Shown here one piece after another: positions 45,180 to 54,969 of a stretch of 64,000 bases of DNA. The stretch is from the NCBI GenBank assembly GCA_943348815.1, contig CALQYT010000005.1, forward strand, positions 5,167-69,166, read 5' to 3'. The stretch comes from Candidatus Nomurabacteria bacterium (GTDB lineage Bacteria; Patescibacteriota; Minisyncoccia; Phycocordibacterales; SBAW01). The notes under the pieces were generated by a model, which was not told where the DNA came from, did no database searches, and saw only the letters and a program-made list of their open reading frames with translations. The first letter of the stretch is position 1, and the number at the start of each line of letters is the position of its first letter. A program made the translations under genes and the position numbers.

Positions 45180-47246
45180 ATGCTTCCACAGGTACTACGA
45201 CAGCTCCTTAAACGCTCTTTTGTCGTGCGCCTCCTCCTTGCCACTATTGGCTACGGCGTAGTAGTTACGGGCAGTTTGTATTTGGTCCCCGCGGGCGGAT
45301 CGGGCGCTTCACTCGTGTGGCCGCCGGCTGCAGCGGGTGTGGCACTGCTCTTTTTTGGGGGTCTTGAATTGTGGCCCGCGATAGCAATCGCTTTTTTTGT
45401 AACCCTTTTTGCCCACGACATCAGCCCGCCACTTACCGCTATTACCGCAATCGCTAACGTGCTCGAATCGGTGGTGGGCGCCTACCTCCTGCGCAACTAC
45501 GTTGGCTTTAGCCCGCATATTGGCCGCCTGCGCGATGCGTTGGGTTTGATCTTAAGCTCATTTGTTTCGACGCTTATTTCTGCATCCGTCATAACGATTG
45601 GCGTCGGACTCATCAACCACAACGGGGTTCTTAACGGCGACTTGTGGGTCGGGATCTGGATAGGACACCTGGTCAGTTTAATTTCGATGGCGCCGTTTGT
45701 GTTGCGCTGGGGACACCGACCCTTTTTCCACAAAACGCGGAACGAGGTTTTGGAGGGTCTGGCAATTTTCGGCAGTATCACCGTACTTACCTTTTTTCTT
45801 TTTTGGACGCCGTACGGCTCGATAGGTATCATATCGCTCCTCTACATCCTCATCATCCCGCTTATTTGGGCTGCGTTGCGCGCGGGGCCGCGCGGCATGT
45901 CGCTCGCACTGTTTATTATCGCGCTCGGAGGTGCAGCGGGAATCTTGTTTGGCTTTGGACCTATTACCCACAGCGCTAACTTGCCACAAGCACTGTTTGG
46001 CGTGCAGATGATTATTGGCACGCTCGCGTTTATCTTTTTGCCCTTTACTTCTATTACCGAGGAGCGCAAAGAAGCGGTTACGAAGCTAGAGCGTCACGTC
46101 GGCGAGCTTGAGGTGGCACTGCAAAAAATTAGTTCTGAGGACCAGGCTAAGTCGGACTTTATCGCCATACTGGCGCACGAGCTGCGCAACCCACTCTCAC
46201 CTATCCTCTCGGGTCTTGAACTTTTGAAATCAAAACAACACGGGCCCCCGGACGTCCTGCACATGATGGGCGCACACCTGCACACCGTGGCGCGATTGTT
46301 GGACGACTTGTTGGACATGTCGCGGATTTCGCAAAAGCGGCTCAAGTTGCAACGCGAGCCGGTGGAGATCCATGCGGTGATGGCGCAAACCGTCGAAATG
46401 GTTAAACCCTACCTCGACTCGCGCGAACACCATTTGCAAGTGGAGCTGCCGCAAAAAGAAGTCTGGGTTGACGGAGACCCGGTCCGGTTGTCTCAAATTT
46501 TTGTAAATCTCCTCAACAACGCGGCAAAGTACACCGACCCCGGCGGCACTATCGTACTCTCTGTTACCGAACAGCATGGCGAAGTGGTGGTACGCGTACG
46601 TGATACCGGCATCGGGATAGAAGCGGAGCGCCTGAACAAAATTTTTGAGCCGTTTGGTGCTAGCGAAAAGACCGAACGACGGCCTGGAGGTTTGCACATC
46701 GGGCTTTCGCTCGCTAAACGTATTGCCGAAATGCACAGCGGCAGTATTGCGGTGTACAGCAAAGGGCCGGGACAGGGCACGGAGTTTGTGGTGCGCTTGC
46801 CTATCCCACAAGAGCGCGTGCTCCCCTTTGAGGGCACGCTTAAACGCATCCGCGGCCGCTTTAGCAAAAATTCTATTGCGCCGCGCGGCGGGCTTACGGT
46901 GCTGGTGGTTGATGACAACGAACCGGCGGCCCAGGGTCTGGCGCTCTTGCTAAAAAATAACGGCCATACGGTGACGGTGGCCTACACGGGCGCACAAGCA
47001 ATACGCAGCGCCATGGACACGCAGCCGCAGGTGGCGCTGCTCGACATTGGGCTCCCCGACATGGACGGTCACGACCTTGCCACCAAACTCCGTGAGCGTT
47101 TTGGCGACAAGCTCGCGCTCGTAGCATTGACCGGCTACGGACAAGAACAAGATCGCCAAAAAGCCCTCCGCGTTGGTTTTGCCGAGCATTTGATCAAACC
47201 GGTTTCAATTGTTGATGTCGAACGCGTCTTGCAGGAACTCTTTTAG
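45180..47246 (+). CDS. MASE1-domain hybrid histidine kinase with receiver domain
   Basis: VWPPAAAG, LAHELRNPL, NLLNNAAKYT, VLVVDDN..LLDIGLPDMDG. Confidence 0.93.
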   Translation: MLPQVLRQLLKRSFVVRLLLATIGYGVVVTGSLYLVPAGGSGASLVWPPAAAGVALLFFGGLELWPAIAIAFFVTLFAHDISPPLTAITAIANVLESVVGAYLLRNYVGFSPHIGRLRDALGLILSSFVSTLISASVITIGVGLINHNGVLNGDLWVGIWIGHLVSLISMAPFVLRWGHRPFFHKTRNEVLEGLAIFGSITVLTFFLFWTPYGSIGIISLLYILIIPLIWAALRAGPRGMSLALFIIALGGAAGILFGFGPITHSANLPQALFGVQMIIGTLAFIFLPFTSITEERKEAVTKLERHVGELEVALQKISSEDQAKSDFIAILAHELRNPLSPILSGLELLKSKQHGPPDVLHMMGAHLHTVARLLDDLLDMSRISQKRLKLQREPVEIHAVMAQTVEMVKPYLDSREHHLQVELPQKEVWVDGDPVRLSQIFVNLLNNAAKYTDPGGTIVLSVTEQHGEVVVRVRDTGIGIEAERLNKIFEPFGASEKTERRPGGLHIGLSLAKRIAEMHSGSIAVYSKGPGQGTEFVVRLPIPQERVLPFEGTLKRIRGRFSKNSIAPRGGLTVLVVDDNEPAAQGLALLLKNNGHTVTVAYTGAQAIRSAMDTQPQVALLDIGLPDMDGHDLATKLRERFGDKLALVALTGYGQEQDRQKALRVGFAEHLIKPVSIVDVERVLQELF

Positions 47247-47267
47247 CTGAAACTTTGCAGGTTTCTT

Positions 47268-47284
47268 TGCAGGTTTAACCTGCA
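47268..47284. repeat. REP-like palindrome left of the RAYT
   Basis: tgcaggtttaacctgca. Confidence 0.8.
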
Positions 47285-47309
47285 TTTTGTGTTGTAAAAT
47301 AAAATCACT

Positions 47310-47990
47310 ATGGCTACTCGAGCACCATTGCAGATCGGCGAATGGTACCACTGTTTCAATCGCGGTGTGGACAAACGATCTATTTTTGAGGACTCGCGAG
47401 ATTACGAACGATTCTTAGTACATCTCTACGTCAGTAATGGTACTCGAAATATTCGCATCTCGAGTCTGCCAAACACTCGGCTGAAAGAGGTAGTAGCAAA
47501 CCAAAAGATAGACCGCGGAGAATCGTTAGTTGAAATCGGAGCATATGCCCTTATGCCTTCTCATCCCCACCTGCTTATGCGCCAAGTACGAGAAAACGGT
47601 ATCGCTCTGTTCATGCAAAAAGTATTTACTGGTTACACCATGTATTTTAATAACAAGTATACGCGTACCGGAAGTCTTTTTGCCGGCACTTTTAAATCAA
47701 AACATATTCTCGATGATCTATATCTTAAAAGGGTCCTACCTTATGTATTACTTAACCCGGTTGAACTATTCGAGCCACGTTGGAAGAATGGTGTTGGATT
47801 CTTACCCCGTATCGCTAAGAAACTAGAAGATTATCCTTACACTAATCTTTCAAATTTTCTCCAAAAGGGTAACCCCCACGAAAAGATAGCTACTACGGAT
47901 TGGTCTGCTTATTACGAAAAAATACCAACTCTAAAAGAAATGCTCCAAGAGGCTCAAGCGTATTATGCCGAACGTAACCTTGCAGGTTAA
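47310..47990 (+). mobile_element. REP-associated tyrosine transposase (RAYT, IS200/Y1 HUH family)
   Basis: WYHCFNRGVDKRSIF, YALMPSHPHLL (HUH), YFNNKYTRTGSLF, YVLLNP; flanked by palindromes; AT-richer than its neighbours. Confidence 0.9.
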
Positions 47991-47997
47991 ACCTGTA
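47981..47997. repeat. REP-like palindrome right of the RAYT (supplies its stop codon)
   Basis: tgcaggttaaacctgta. Confidence 0.8.
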
Positions 47998-48036
47998 TAG
48001 TTTGTTTTAAAATAAGGTCTTTTTGAATTAAATTTT

Positions 48037-48639
48037 TTAGCTTGCTAGTGTGGCGTATACCACCAAGCGATGGTCGTAGGTTTTAGCGCCCTGCACCCAC
48101 GCGCCGTCGCAGGTTACTAAGTTAAGCCGCGCCTGATCGGCCCGCGAAAATAATTTTTGGAGCGGAACTTCTTGATACGGATACAGCGCCACTTCTTGCA
48201 CCACAAAGCGGCGCGTTGCCCCGCCCGCAGTGTCAACAAATAATTCGTCGCCTTTTTTAATTTGATTCAATTGTTTAAATACCCCCGGCAGCGCTAACCC
48301 ATTGTCGACATGGCCATCCATCACCGCGCTCCCCACAAAGCCGGGCACGGTGCCCAAGCGATACCATCCGACATCGGTGTAGTTGGTTGGCACGGCCATG
48401 TTGCCGGTTTTGCCAACACCCACGTGCTGCACGTTGGTGTCGATGCCCAAACTTGGGATGCGCAAACGGCTCGGCAGATCTTGTGGCGAGGCATCCCCCA
48501 TGAGCGGTTGCGGCTGCACGGCCGCCTCCGGCTCTTGCGGAGCAACAACCGTTGCTTGCCAAAACGTCACGCTAAAAACACCCGCGCCAAGCAGGACCGC
48601 TGCCAGTGCCGCGAGCACTTTGATGGTTCGTGATTTCAT
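48037..48639 (-). CDS. Class F sortase
   Basis: RLRIPSLG, VGWY..PG..GSAVMDGHVD, LNLVTC, RLVVYA. Confidence 0.92.
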   Translation of the reverse strand: MKSRTIKVLAALAAVLLGAGVFSVTFWQATVVAPQEPEAAVQPQPLMGDASPQDLPSRLRIPSLGIDTNVQHVGVGKTGNMAVPTNYTDVGWYRLGTVPGFVGSAVMDGHVDNGLALPGVFKQLNQIKKGDELFVDTAGGATRRFVVQEVALYPYQEVPLQKLFSRADQARLNLVTCDGAWVQGAKTYDHRLVVYATLAS

Positions 48640-48651
48640 CTTGAAGATTGG

Positions 48652-49119
48652 CTAGCCCAACACCTTAGTATGAAAGAAATTTCTGAAAACGAGATGAACA
48701 ATCCAGACGGCGGCCACCGCGAGCACGACACTCGCCATAATATCTACCGGCCAGTGAAGCCCGGCCATAATGCGCGCGACGCCTACGGCGAGGGTCAAAA
48801 CCCAAAGGGCTACACCCACGCGCCAGTCGACTAGCCACGCCACCGAAGCAAAGACGCCACCGAGCAAGGTGTGGTCAGAGGGGAATGAGTTGTCGACCTC
48901 GTGAGGAACCAGTGGCGTAAATCCTTCGACCGCAAAGGGTTGTTGGTGGCTAAAAAAAACTCCGGCCAAACGCGCGAGTACGTAGCCCAGTGCGAGCGAG
49001 ACAACGAGTACCGCATACAACTGCACACGCAAGCGGGGACGGCTCCATATCGCCACCACTGCCGCGAGCGCGATAATCGCTATTAAATATTTTGCCGCAA
49101 AAATTATGAGGATGTTCAT
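48652..49119 (-). CDS. PAP2 family (BcrC-like) undecaprenyl-diphosphate phosphatase
   Basis: SFPSDHT, ARIMAGLHWPVD. Confidence 0.88.
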   Translation of the reverse strand: MNILIIFAAKYLIAIIALAAVVAIWSRPRLRVQLYAVLVVSLALGYVLARLAGVFFSHQQPFAVEGFTPLVPHEVDNSFPSDHTLLGGVFASVAWLVDWRVGVALWVLTLAVGVARIMAGLHWPVDIMASVVLAVAAVWIVHLVFRNFFHTKVLG

Positions 49120-49847
49120 GACTCTATTTTACTGGTAACTTCTCTCACGTCGCGATAGTTTCTTGTATACGGGCGACCTAAAAAGTTGGTGCTTAAAAAG
49201 TTGAGTGCGTAGATCCATCCCATATACAAAAATCCTTCTTGCTGCAAACGGCGGCCCGAGGTGTAGGCATACAAACTCCAAGTCCATTTCACCCTCCCCC
49301 ATTTTGCGATACGCCGCGCCACGTCGGTATCCTCGCCATAAAACGAAATACTCGTATCAAAACCGCCGGCCTTTTCCCACGCATCACGCTTAATCACAAA
49401 ATTTCCTCCTTGCAGCATGCGACCAAACGCCCAACCGGGGAAATAAAAAACTTTTACCAGCGCGCGTTGCCACAAGGGCAAGTCGTAATAAATATACGGG
49501 CCAGAGAGTGCCACGAGATTTTTGTCCTTTTCAAACTCGGCAATTACTTTTTTGAGCCAACCTTGCGGCAAGCGCGTGTCTGCATCGACATTAGCGACCA
49601 ATTCACCTTTAGTGGCAACAAACCCTGCACGTCGAGCATAAACTAATCCTTTCAATTTCTCTTCCACCACGGTGACGCCCGGGAATTTGAGCGCCTCCTC
49701 GCGGGTGTGGTCGGTCGAAGCGTTGTTTACTACCACCACCTCAACCTCAAGACCGGGGTTGCGTTTGATCTCCTCAAATACTGCCTCGAGACACTTCCCT
49801 ATCCCTTTTTCCTCGTTGTAGGCGGGTATAACAAAACTAAGCTTCAT
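49116..49847 (-). CDS. Glycosyltransferase family 2
   Basis: VIPAYNEE, NNASTD, DAD, YGED. Confidence 0.92.
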   Translation of the reverse strand: MKLSFVIPAYNEEKGIGKCLEAVFEEIKRNPGLEVEVVVVNNASTDHTREEALKFPGVTVVEEKLKGLVYARRAGFVATKGELVANVDADTRLPQGWLKKVIAEFEKDKNLVALSGPYIYYDLPLWQRALVKVFYFPGWAFGRMLQGGNFVIKRDAWEKAGGFDTSISFYGEDTDVARRIAKWGRVKWTWSLYAYTSGRRLQQEGFLYMGWIYALNFLSTNFLGRPYTRNYRDVREVTSKIES

Positions 49848-49936
49848 TGAAACTAGCCTATCATAATTTGCTAATTTAAATTTTTAAATTAAAACCGGCC
49901 GCCTCCTCCTGAGAGAAAGCGGCCGGGTCGAACTTG

Positions 49937-50587
49937 TTAGCCAATTCGCCACCAGGTGGCGGTGCCGAAGATCAGCGCAACGGCGATCACCGCGCCCCAG
50001 GGACCAGCGTCCCAAAGCGGATAGGGCGGGAAGTCGGCCGATGGATTCATCTTTTCCAGCATGTGGTTGCCGGCGAAGACGTGCGCCGTCATGTACCACG
50101 CAGTAAACAGCAGCAGCGCAGGGTTCGGGTTTTCCGTGGCGATGTAAGTGAGAATCAGGATCGTTATCGCCGCGGTAAACAGGACGAAGTGCGTCTTGCC
50201 GGCGGCGTTCAGTCCGCCGTCGGTGATCATGTAGTCCGGGTACGGCACCAACGTGTAGAGATAGTGCATACCCGCACTTATCAGGATTGCGATGATCAAG
50301 GCGAAGCCAACCGCATAGACCTTGGTCTGATAGCCGAAGGCCCGCAGTTCGATCATCTTGTCCATGGTCCACTCCTCAGCGTGGAGCGCGACCAGAGTTG
50401 CCATCAGCGGGATCAGTCCAAACAGTACCATCCAGGTGCTACCGTGCCGGAAGAAGGTGATGCCTTGCTCGATCCCAGCCGCTTTCATTTGCGCGGGATA
50501 AAGCATGTTGCCGATCCAGGCCAGGAATGCTTGCAGCAGCCAGAGTGCGACTCCAACCCCTGCCGTCCAGAACCAAAGACGCACCAT
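49937..50587 (-). CDS. Orphan polytopic membrane protein
   Basis: About six TM segments, AAAGGGGG SD, TTGATT-16-TATTGT promoter, terminator at 49890-49927. Confidence 0.75.
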   Translation of the reverse strand: MVRLWFWTAGVGVALWLLQAFLAWIGNMLYPAQMKAAGIEQGITFFRHGSTWMVLFGLIPLMATLVALHAEEWTMDKMIELRAFGYQTKVYAVGFALIIAILISAGMHYLYTLVPYPDYMITDGGLNAAGKTHFVLFTAAITILILTYIATENPNPALLLFTAWYMTAHVFAGNHMLEKMNPSADFPPYPLWDAGPWGAVIAVALIFGTATWWRIG

Positions 50588-50716
50588 GTGCGCCCCCTTT
50601 CTTTGCTTGTGTTAAACCAAAAACTCAACGTTCAGTTCGCGAGCACAATACCACATTGGTTATAAAAATCAATAGTTAAATTAAAAATGGCCGGGTGCTT
50701 ACGCAACTCGGCCAGA

Positions 50717-51019
50717 TTACCCTTTGATTGCGACCCGAAGGAAAGCCCCCACCAATGCGCCGAAACACAGTAAAGCGATGGCGACCAAAATCCGAATGGC
50801 TTCCAAAGTATTGCGTCCTCCGTGACTCTTGATCCACTCGAGCGTGGAGGGGTCGAACTGGTCGACAACAGAAGCTGGAAACGCTTGTAGCCACGGGAAG
50901 AGGAGCGCTAGCACCACATAGACCGTGCAGACCAAAAGCACCAGCCCGAACCTCCAGAACAGGCCCGTAAGCAGGCCTGCAATTACGATCACCAACAAGG
51001 ATGCTTGCAGCGTCGACAT
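50717..51019 (-). CDS. Orphan membrane protein
   Basis: Three TM segments, GAGGA SD, hairpin plus TTTTTAATTTA downstream. Confidence 0.65.
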   Translation of the reverse strand: MSTLQASLLVIVIAGLLTGLFWRFGLVLLVCTVYVVLALLFPWLQAFPASVVDQFDPSTLEWIKSHGGRNTLEAIRILVAIALLCFGALVGAFLRVAIKG

Positions 51020-51098
51020 GATGTCCTCGAAATCGGTTAGAGGGATACGCAGGAACGAATCACCCCAAAAATATCACGAGGTATACTTATTTCCAACC

Positions 51099-52280
51099 AT
51101 GAAGATCGCGTTTTATTCGGACAACTTTTACCCCGAACTATCGGGGATCACCGACACCATTGTCACGACCGGCAAAGAATTAAAAAAACGCGGGCACGAG
51201 ATTGTGTACGTCGGCCCCTACTACGCGCCCGCCGACTACGCCAAAGCCAACCGGCAGTATCCCGAGCGGCCCGAGGACGACCAGATTGAAGGCATGCCGA
51301 TTGTGCGGCTGCGCTCTATCCCCCTGCGCCCCTCGCCCACCGGCCAATCGCGCTTTGCTATCCCCTCCGGCCGTACGCTCGAGTACATGCGCACCTTTAA
51401 GCCCGATATCATCCACACCCAGAGCCCCTACTCGCTTGGGTGGGAGGCGCGCAAAGTGGCAGTGGGTTTGGGCGTGCCGCTCGTGGGCACTAACCACACG
51501 GCTATTGAAGATTTTTTTCCGCCCTTTACGCGCGCACTGATGCGCCGGTGGGACGCGCGCTACTACAACTCGTGCGATTTTGTGTCGGCACCGTATGAGC
51601 GACTGCTAGGGCGCATGCGCGAGGTTGGATTTAAAAAGCCTGGCCACGCCGTCCCCAACCCCGCCGACCTGCATGAGTTTTTGCCCGCGACTGCCGAAGA
51701 AAAAATTGCGGATCGTGAAGCGTTTGGCTTGCAAGGACCGGTGATTTTGTATGCGGGCCGGCTCGGCGTCGAAAAGCGTGTCGATGTGATGGTGCGCGCA
51801 ATGCCGATACTGCTTAAAGAATTCCCCACGCTCACGTTGGTGGCAACGGGGCACGGCGCCGCGCGCACCGGTTTGGACAAGCTGGTCCAAAAACTTGGCG
51901 TGGCCAAGCAGGTGCGCTTTACCGGCTTTCTCTCGCGCGCGGCGCTCACCCACGCCTACAAAACCGCCGACCTTTTTGGTATGACCTCAACCTCCGACAG
52001 CCAATCGTTGGCGCTCATGCAAGGCTATGCCTCTGGGTTGCCGGCGGTGTGCGCCGCTGCACGCGGCTTGCCCGACTACGTGCCCGCCGATTGCGGCTTT
52101 TTAATCGAACCTAACAACCCCGCCGACTTTGCCGCCAAAGCCGCGCAACTCCTGCGCGACGAACCGCTGCGCGCCCGCATGGGCGTAGCCGCGATCGACT
52201 ATTCTAAAAATTTCGCCCCCGAAAAAATTGCGCAGCAGTGGGAGGAGATCTACTCCGAGGCACTCAAAAAGACTCCCTAG
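51099..52280 (+). CDS. Glycosyltransferase family 4
   Basis: MKIAFYSDNFYPELSG, YAGRLGVEK, SDSQSLALMQGYASGLP. Confidence 0.9.
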   Translation: MKIAFYSDNFYPELSGITDTIVTTGKELKKRGHEIVYVGPYYAPADYAKANRQYPERPEDDQIEGMPIVRLRSIPLRPSPTGQSRFAIPSGRTLEYMRTFKPDIIHTQSPYSLGWEARKVAVGLGVPLVGTNHTAIEDFFPPFTRALMRRWDARYYNSCDFVSAPYERLLGRMREVGFKKPGHAVPNPADLHEFLPATAEEKIADREAFGLQGPVILYAGRLGVEKRVDVMVRAMPILLKEFPTLTLVATGHGAARTGLDKLVQKLGVAKQVRFTGFLSRAALTHAYKTADLFGMTSTSDSQSLALMQGYASGLPAVCAAARGLPDYVPADCGFLIEPNNPADFAAKAAQLLRDEPLRARMGVAAIDYSKNFAPEKIAQQWEEIYSEALKKTP

Positions 52281-52337
52281 ACTTTTAGTCACTTATTTCG
52301 TACCCTCTTCTGATAACGTACACCAAGGGAGGGACCC

Positions 52338-52895
52338 ATGCAGCGAGCGATCTTAACGATCGGCCCGCAGTGTGCGGGCAAATCAACCTTCTGCGAAAAA
52401 GTCGTCGAAAAATATCCGAATGTGGTCATGGTGAGTAGAGATGCAATCTTACGCAGGCTTTTCGGCAGCGTATGGCGTAGCCCTTACTCCAATGACTTCT
52501 TTGTTGCTTGGCAGGAACTATGGAAAGAAGCTGCCGAATATCTAAAGAAGCCCGATACCACCTTAATCGTAGATGGTTACAACCCTTCGCTTAGTAAACG
52601 CCGCGAGATAGTAGCAAAATTGCGTGAGCTTGGGGCGCAGCGAGTCTACGGTTGGCACTTTGTAACACCTGTCGATCAGTGCTTAGCGTGGAGCTTCGTG
52701 AGAAACCCAGTAAAGAATCCGAAGGGCCATTGGGCGAAAATAGTGATCGAGACAAGAGAAGACAACTACCGATCCTATTGGAAGAGCTTCCACGCCGAGC
52801 CGCTCGGCGCACGACTATTCACGCGAGTACGTCGCATCAACGTCCTCAAACAAATGCCAGCGGATATTCTGGATTTTTCCTCAAAGAACAGCTGA
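52338..52895 (+). CDS. P-loop kinase (AAA_33/polynucleotide-kinase-like)
   Basis: GPQCAGKST, VSRDAIL, LIVDG.N; GGGAGGG SD; TAGACT-17-TACCCT. Confidence 0.8.
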   Translation: MQRAILTIGPQCAGKSTFCEKVVEKYPNVVMVSRDAILRRLFGSVWRSPYSNDFFVAWQELWKEAAEYLKKPDTTLIVDGYNPSLSKRREIVAKLRELGAQRVYGWHFVTPVDQCLAWSFVRNPVKNPKGHWAKIVIETREDNYRSYWKSFHAEPLGARLFTRVRRINVLKQMPADILDFSSKNS

Positions 52896-52912
52896 AGTGC
52901 TAGCTGTTCTTT

Positions 52913-53524
52913 TTAATTTTTACGCGCCTCCTTCTCCGCCTGAGCCAAGCGGCGGTTCATGTGACGGCGGAAGAAGTAGTAGCCGATTGCCAACACCGAC
53001 AATGCGGCAATAACGTACGGAATCTTTTCCAAAATCGCGGTGATCGTGCCGCCAAAGGTTTGCCCAAAAAAGTATCCTAGAAACAGCAGGACGCCGTAGT
53101 GCATCACCGCAACCGCAAGACCGTAAGTAAAGAACTTTTTAACATCCATCTTGACCAACCCCGCGACCACAATAAACCCGGCCGCAACGCCGTAGGAAAG
53201 TTTGCTAATAAACATCGTTTTGCCCGGGTAGGTTTGCCAAAGCGTGCGTACCTCGTCTAAATGTTCTTCGGTAACGCCCATGCGGTGAATAACTTTTACG
53301 ACCCAGCGGGTGTTTGCCCCAACGTAGCCCAAATAATAACAACTAAGATCGACGATCATGTCGCGCGCCAAAAAGAAGATAGCGAGCGCTCCGATATTAA
53401 AGTACCCCGCCGCTGCTAAAGTACCGGCAAAAAACGCAACAATCGGCCCCTCGACAAACGAGAGCGGTAAGAGTATTAAGTACCGGTACTCTATGATCGA
53501 GTGCAACAGCGGCGAGGTATCCAT
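52913..53524 (-). CDS. DedA/VTT family membrane protein
   Basis: EGPIVAFFAG..YYLGY..FISK..AG..M...KF. Confidence 0.82.
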   Translation of the reverse strand: MDTSPLLHSIIEYRYLILLPLSFVEGPIVAFFAGTLAAAGYFNIGALAIFFLARDMIVDLSCYYLGYVGANTRWVVKVIHRMGVTEEHLDEVRTLWQTYPGKTMFISKLSYGVAAGFIVVAGLVKMDVKKFFTYGLAVAVMHYGVLLFLGYFFGQTFGGTITAILEKIPYVIAALSVLAIGYYFFRRHMNRRLAQAEKEARKN

Positions 53525-53529
53525 CGCCC

Positions 53530-53539
53530 TAGTATACTA
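53530..53539. promoter_or_regulatory. Palindromic bidirectional -10 element
   Basis: TAGTATACTA gives TATACT on both strands, each exactly 6 nt from an ATG. Confidence 0.75.
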
Positions 53540-53544
53540 AATGT

Positions 53545-54198
53545 ATGTGGCTGCTATTGATAGAACGCTACAGAGAATCGTGGTTTGACACGCACGTCCG
53601 TTTTTCTATTCCTCTCTCTTTTATTATTTTTTTGCTCGCGATTTTTGGCGTCCAGCCACTTGCTATCGAGTACACCAACGATGTCGCCACCAACCCCGTC
53701 GGAGACATCGTCCTTTCTAACATTCCGGTCTTCCAGGTCGGGTGGATTTTTGTCTACGGGATGTTTATCCTCGTCGCGTTTATTACGCTGCTCTGCCTGC
53801 TGCACCCCAAACGCATCGCCTTTACGCTCCACTCACTCACGCTGTTTGTGCTCATCCGTTCGCTGTTTGTATCACTCACCCACGTAGGCGCGTTTGGCAC
53901 GCAAGCGGTGTCACACTTTGGACCCGGGATTACGCAAATGTTTTTTGCGGCCGACCACTTTTTTTCGGGCCATGCGGGCGCGCCGTTTTTAATGGCACTC
54001 ATGTACTGGCACGTCAAACCCTTGCGCTACATCTTTTTGGCGTGGTCGGTATTCTTTAGCGTGTTGGTACTCCTCGGCCACCTCCACTACACCATCGACG
54101 TGCTCGCCGCCTTCTTTATCACCTACGGTATCTACCACCTGGCGCTGTGGCTATTCCCTAAAGAACGGGCTCTATTCCTGGAAGCTACCCCAAACTGA
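53545..54198 (+). CDS. PAP2-superfamily membrane phosphotransferase (sphingomyelin-synthase/AUR1-like)
   Basis: DHFFSGHAG, HLHYTIDV. Confidence 0.8.
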   Translation: MWLLLIERYRESWFDTHVRFSIPLSFIIFLLAIFGVQPLAIEYTNDVATNPVGDIVLSNIPVFQVGWIFVYGMFILVAFITLLCLLHPKRIAFTLHSLTLFVLIRSLFVSLTHVGAFGTQAVSHFGPGITQMFFAADHFFSGHAGAPFLMALMYWHVKPLRYIFLAWSVFFSVLVLLGHLHYTIDVLAAFFITYGIYHLALWLFPKERALFLEATPN

Positions 54199-54279
54199 AG
54201 CTACCCTTCATTAAGACTTCAGACTATACTCTCCATACTCTGTAGGGTCGATTATTACGAGCATTAAGGCTTCAGATTT

Positions 54280-54969
54280 ATGCACATCCTTATTGTCGAA
54301 GACGAAGAGCGGCTCGCCAAAGCCCTAAAAAAAGGCCTCGAGCTCAAGGGGTACGCCGTTGATTGGCTCCCCGACCCCGAAAAGGCCCGAAGCCGTATTT
54401 TGCTCTACCGGAGCGAGTACGATCTTATTATTCTCGACCTCATGTTGCCGGGGTTAGACGGCGCACAAATTACCGAATCGGTACGCAAAGAGGGCGTCAC
54501 CACGCCGATTATTATTTTGACCGCGCGCAACGAGACCGAACACAAGGTTGATTTACTGAATAAAGGCGCCGACGACTACATCGTTAAACCGTTTTCGTTC
54601 GAAGAGTTGCTCAGCCGCATCTCTGCCGTGCTACGCCGCCCCAAACAGCAAAAACCGGTTGTGCTCAAAGTAGGTCCACTCGAGATGGACATGGCCACAC
54701 GCGTCGTACGCAAAGGCGGCGAAGAAATTCCGCTGACGCTCAAGGAGTTTGCGCTACTGGAGTGCTTTATGCGCCAGCCGGGCGAGGTATTGTCGCGCGA
54801 AAAGTTGTTTGACCACGTGTGGGACTTCAACTCGCTGTCTTGGAGCAACGTGCTCGACGTGCACATGAAAAACTTACGCAAAAAATTAGGCACCGATGAA
54901 AACGGCGACCAGCTATTTGAAACAATCCGCGGCGTGGGCTACCGCCTCGTGGGAGAAGTTCGCGAGTAA
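54280..54969 (+). CDS. OmpR-family response regulator
   Basis: ILIVEDE, LDLMLPG, GADDYIVKPF, ETIRGVGY. Confidence 0.95.
   Translation: MHILIVEDEERLAKALKKGLELKGYAVDWLPDPEKARSRILLYRSEYDLIILDLMLPGLDGAQITESVRKEGVTTPIIILTARNETEHKVDLLNKGADDYIVKPFSFEELLSRISAVLRRPKQQKPVVLKVGPLEMDMATRVVRKGGEEIPLTLKEFALLECFMRQPGEVLSREKLFDHVWDFNSLSWSNVLDVHMKNLRKKLGTDENGDQLFETIRGVGYRLVGEVRE

Noticed and set aside
49934-50665. 243-aa plus-strand ORF
   Set aside because: Antisense shadow of the membrane protein 49937-50587
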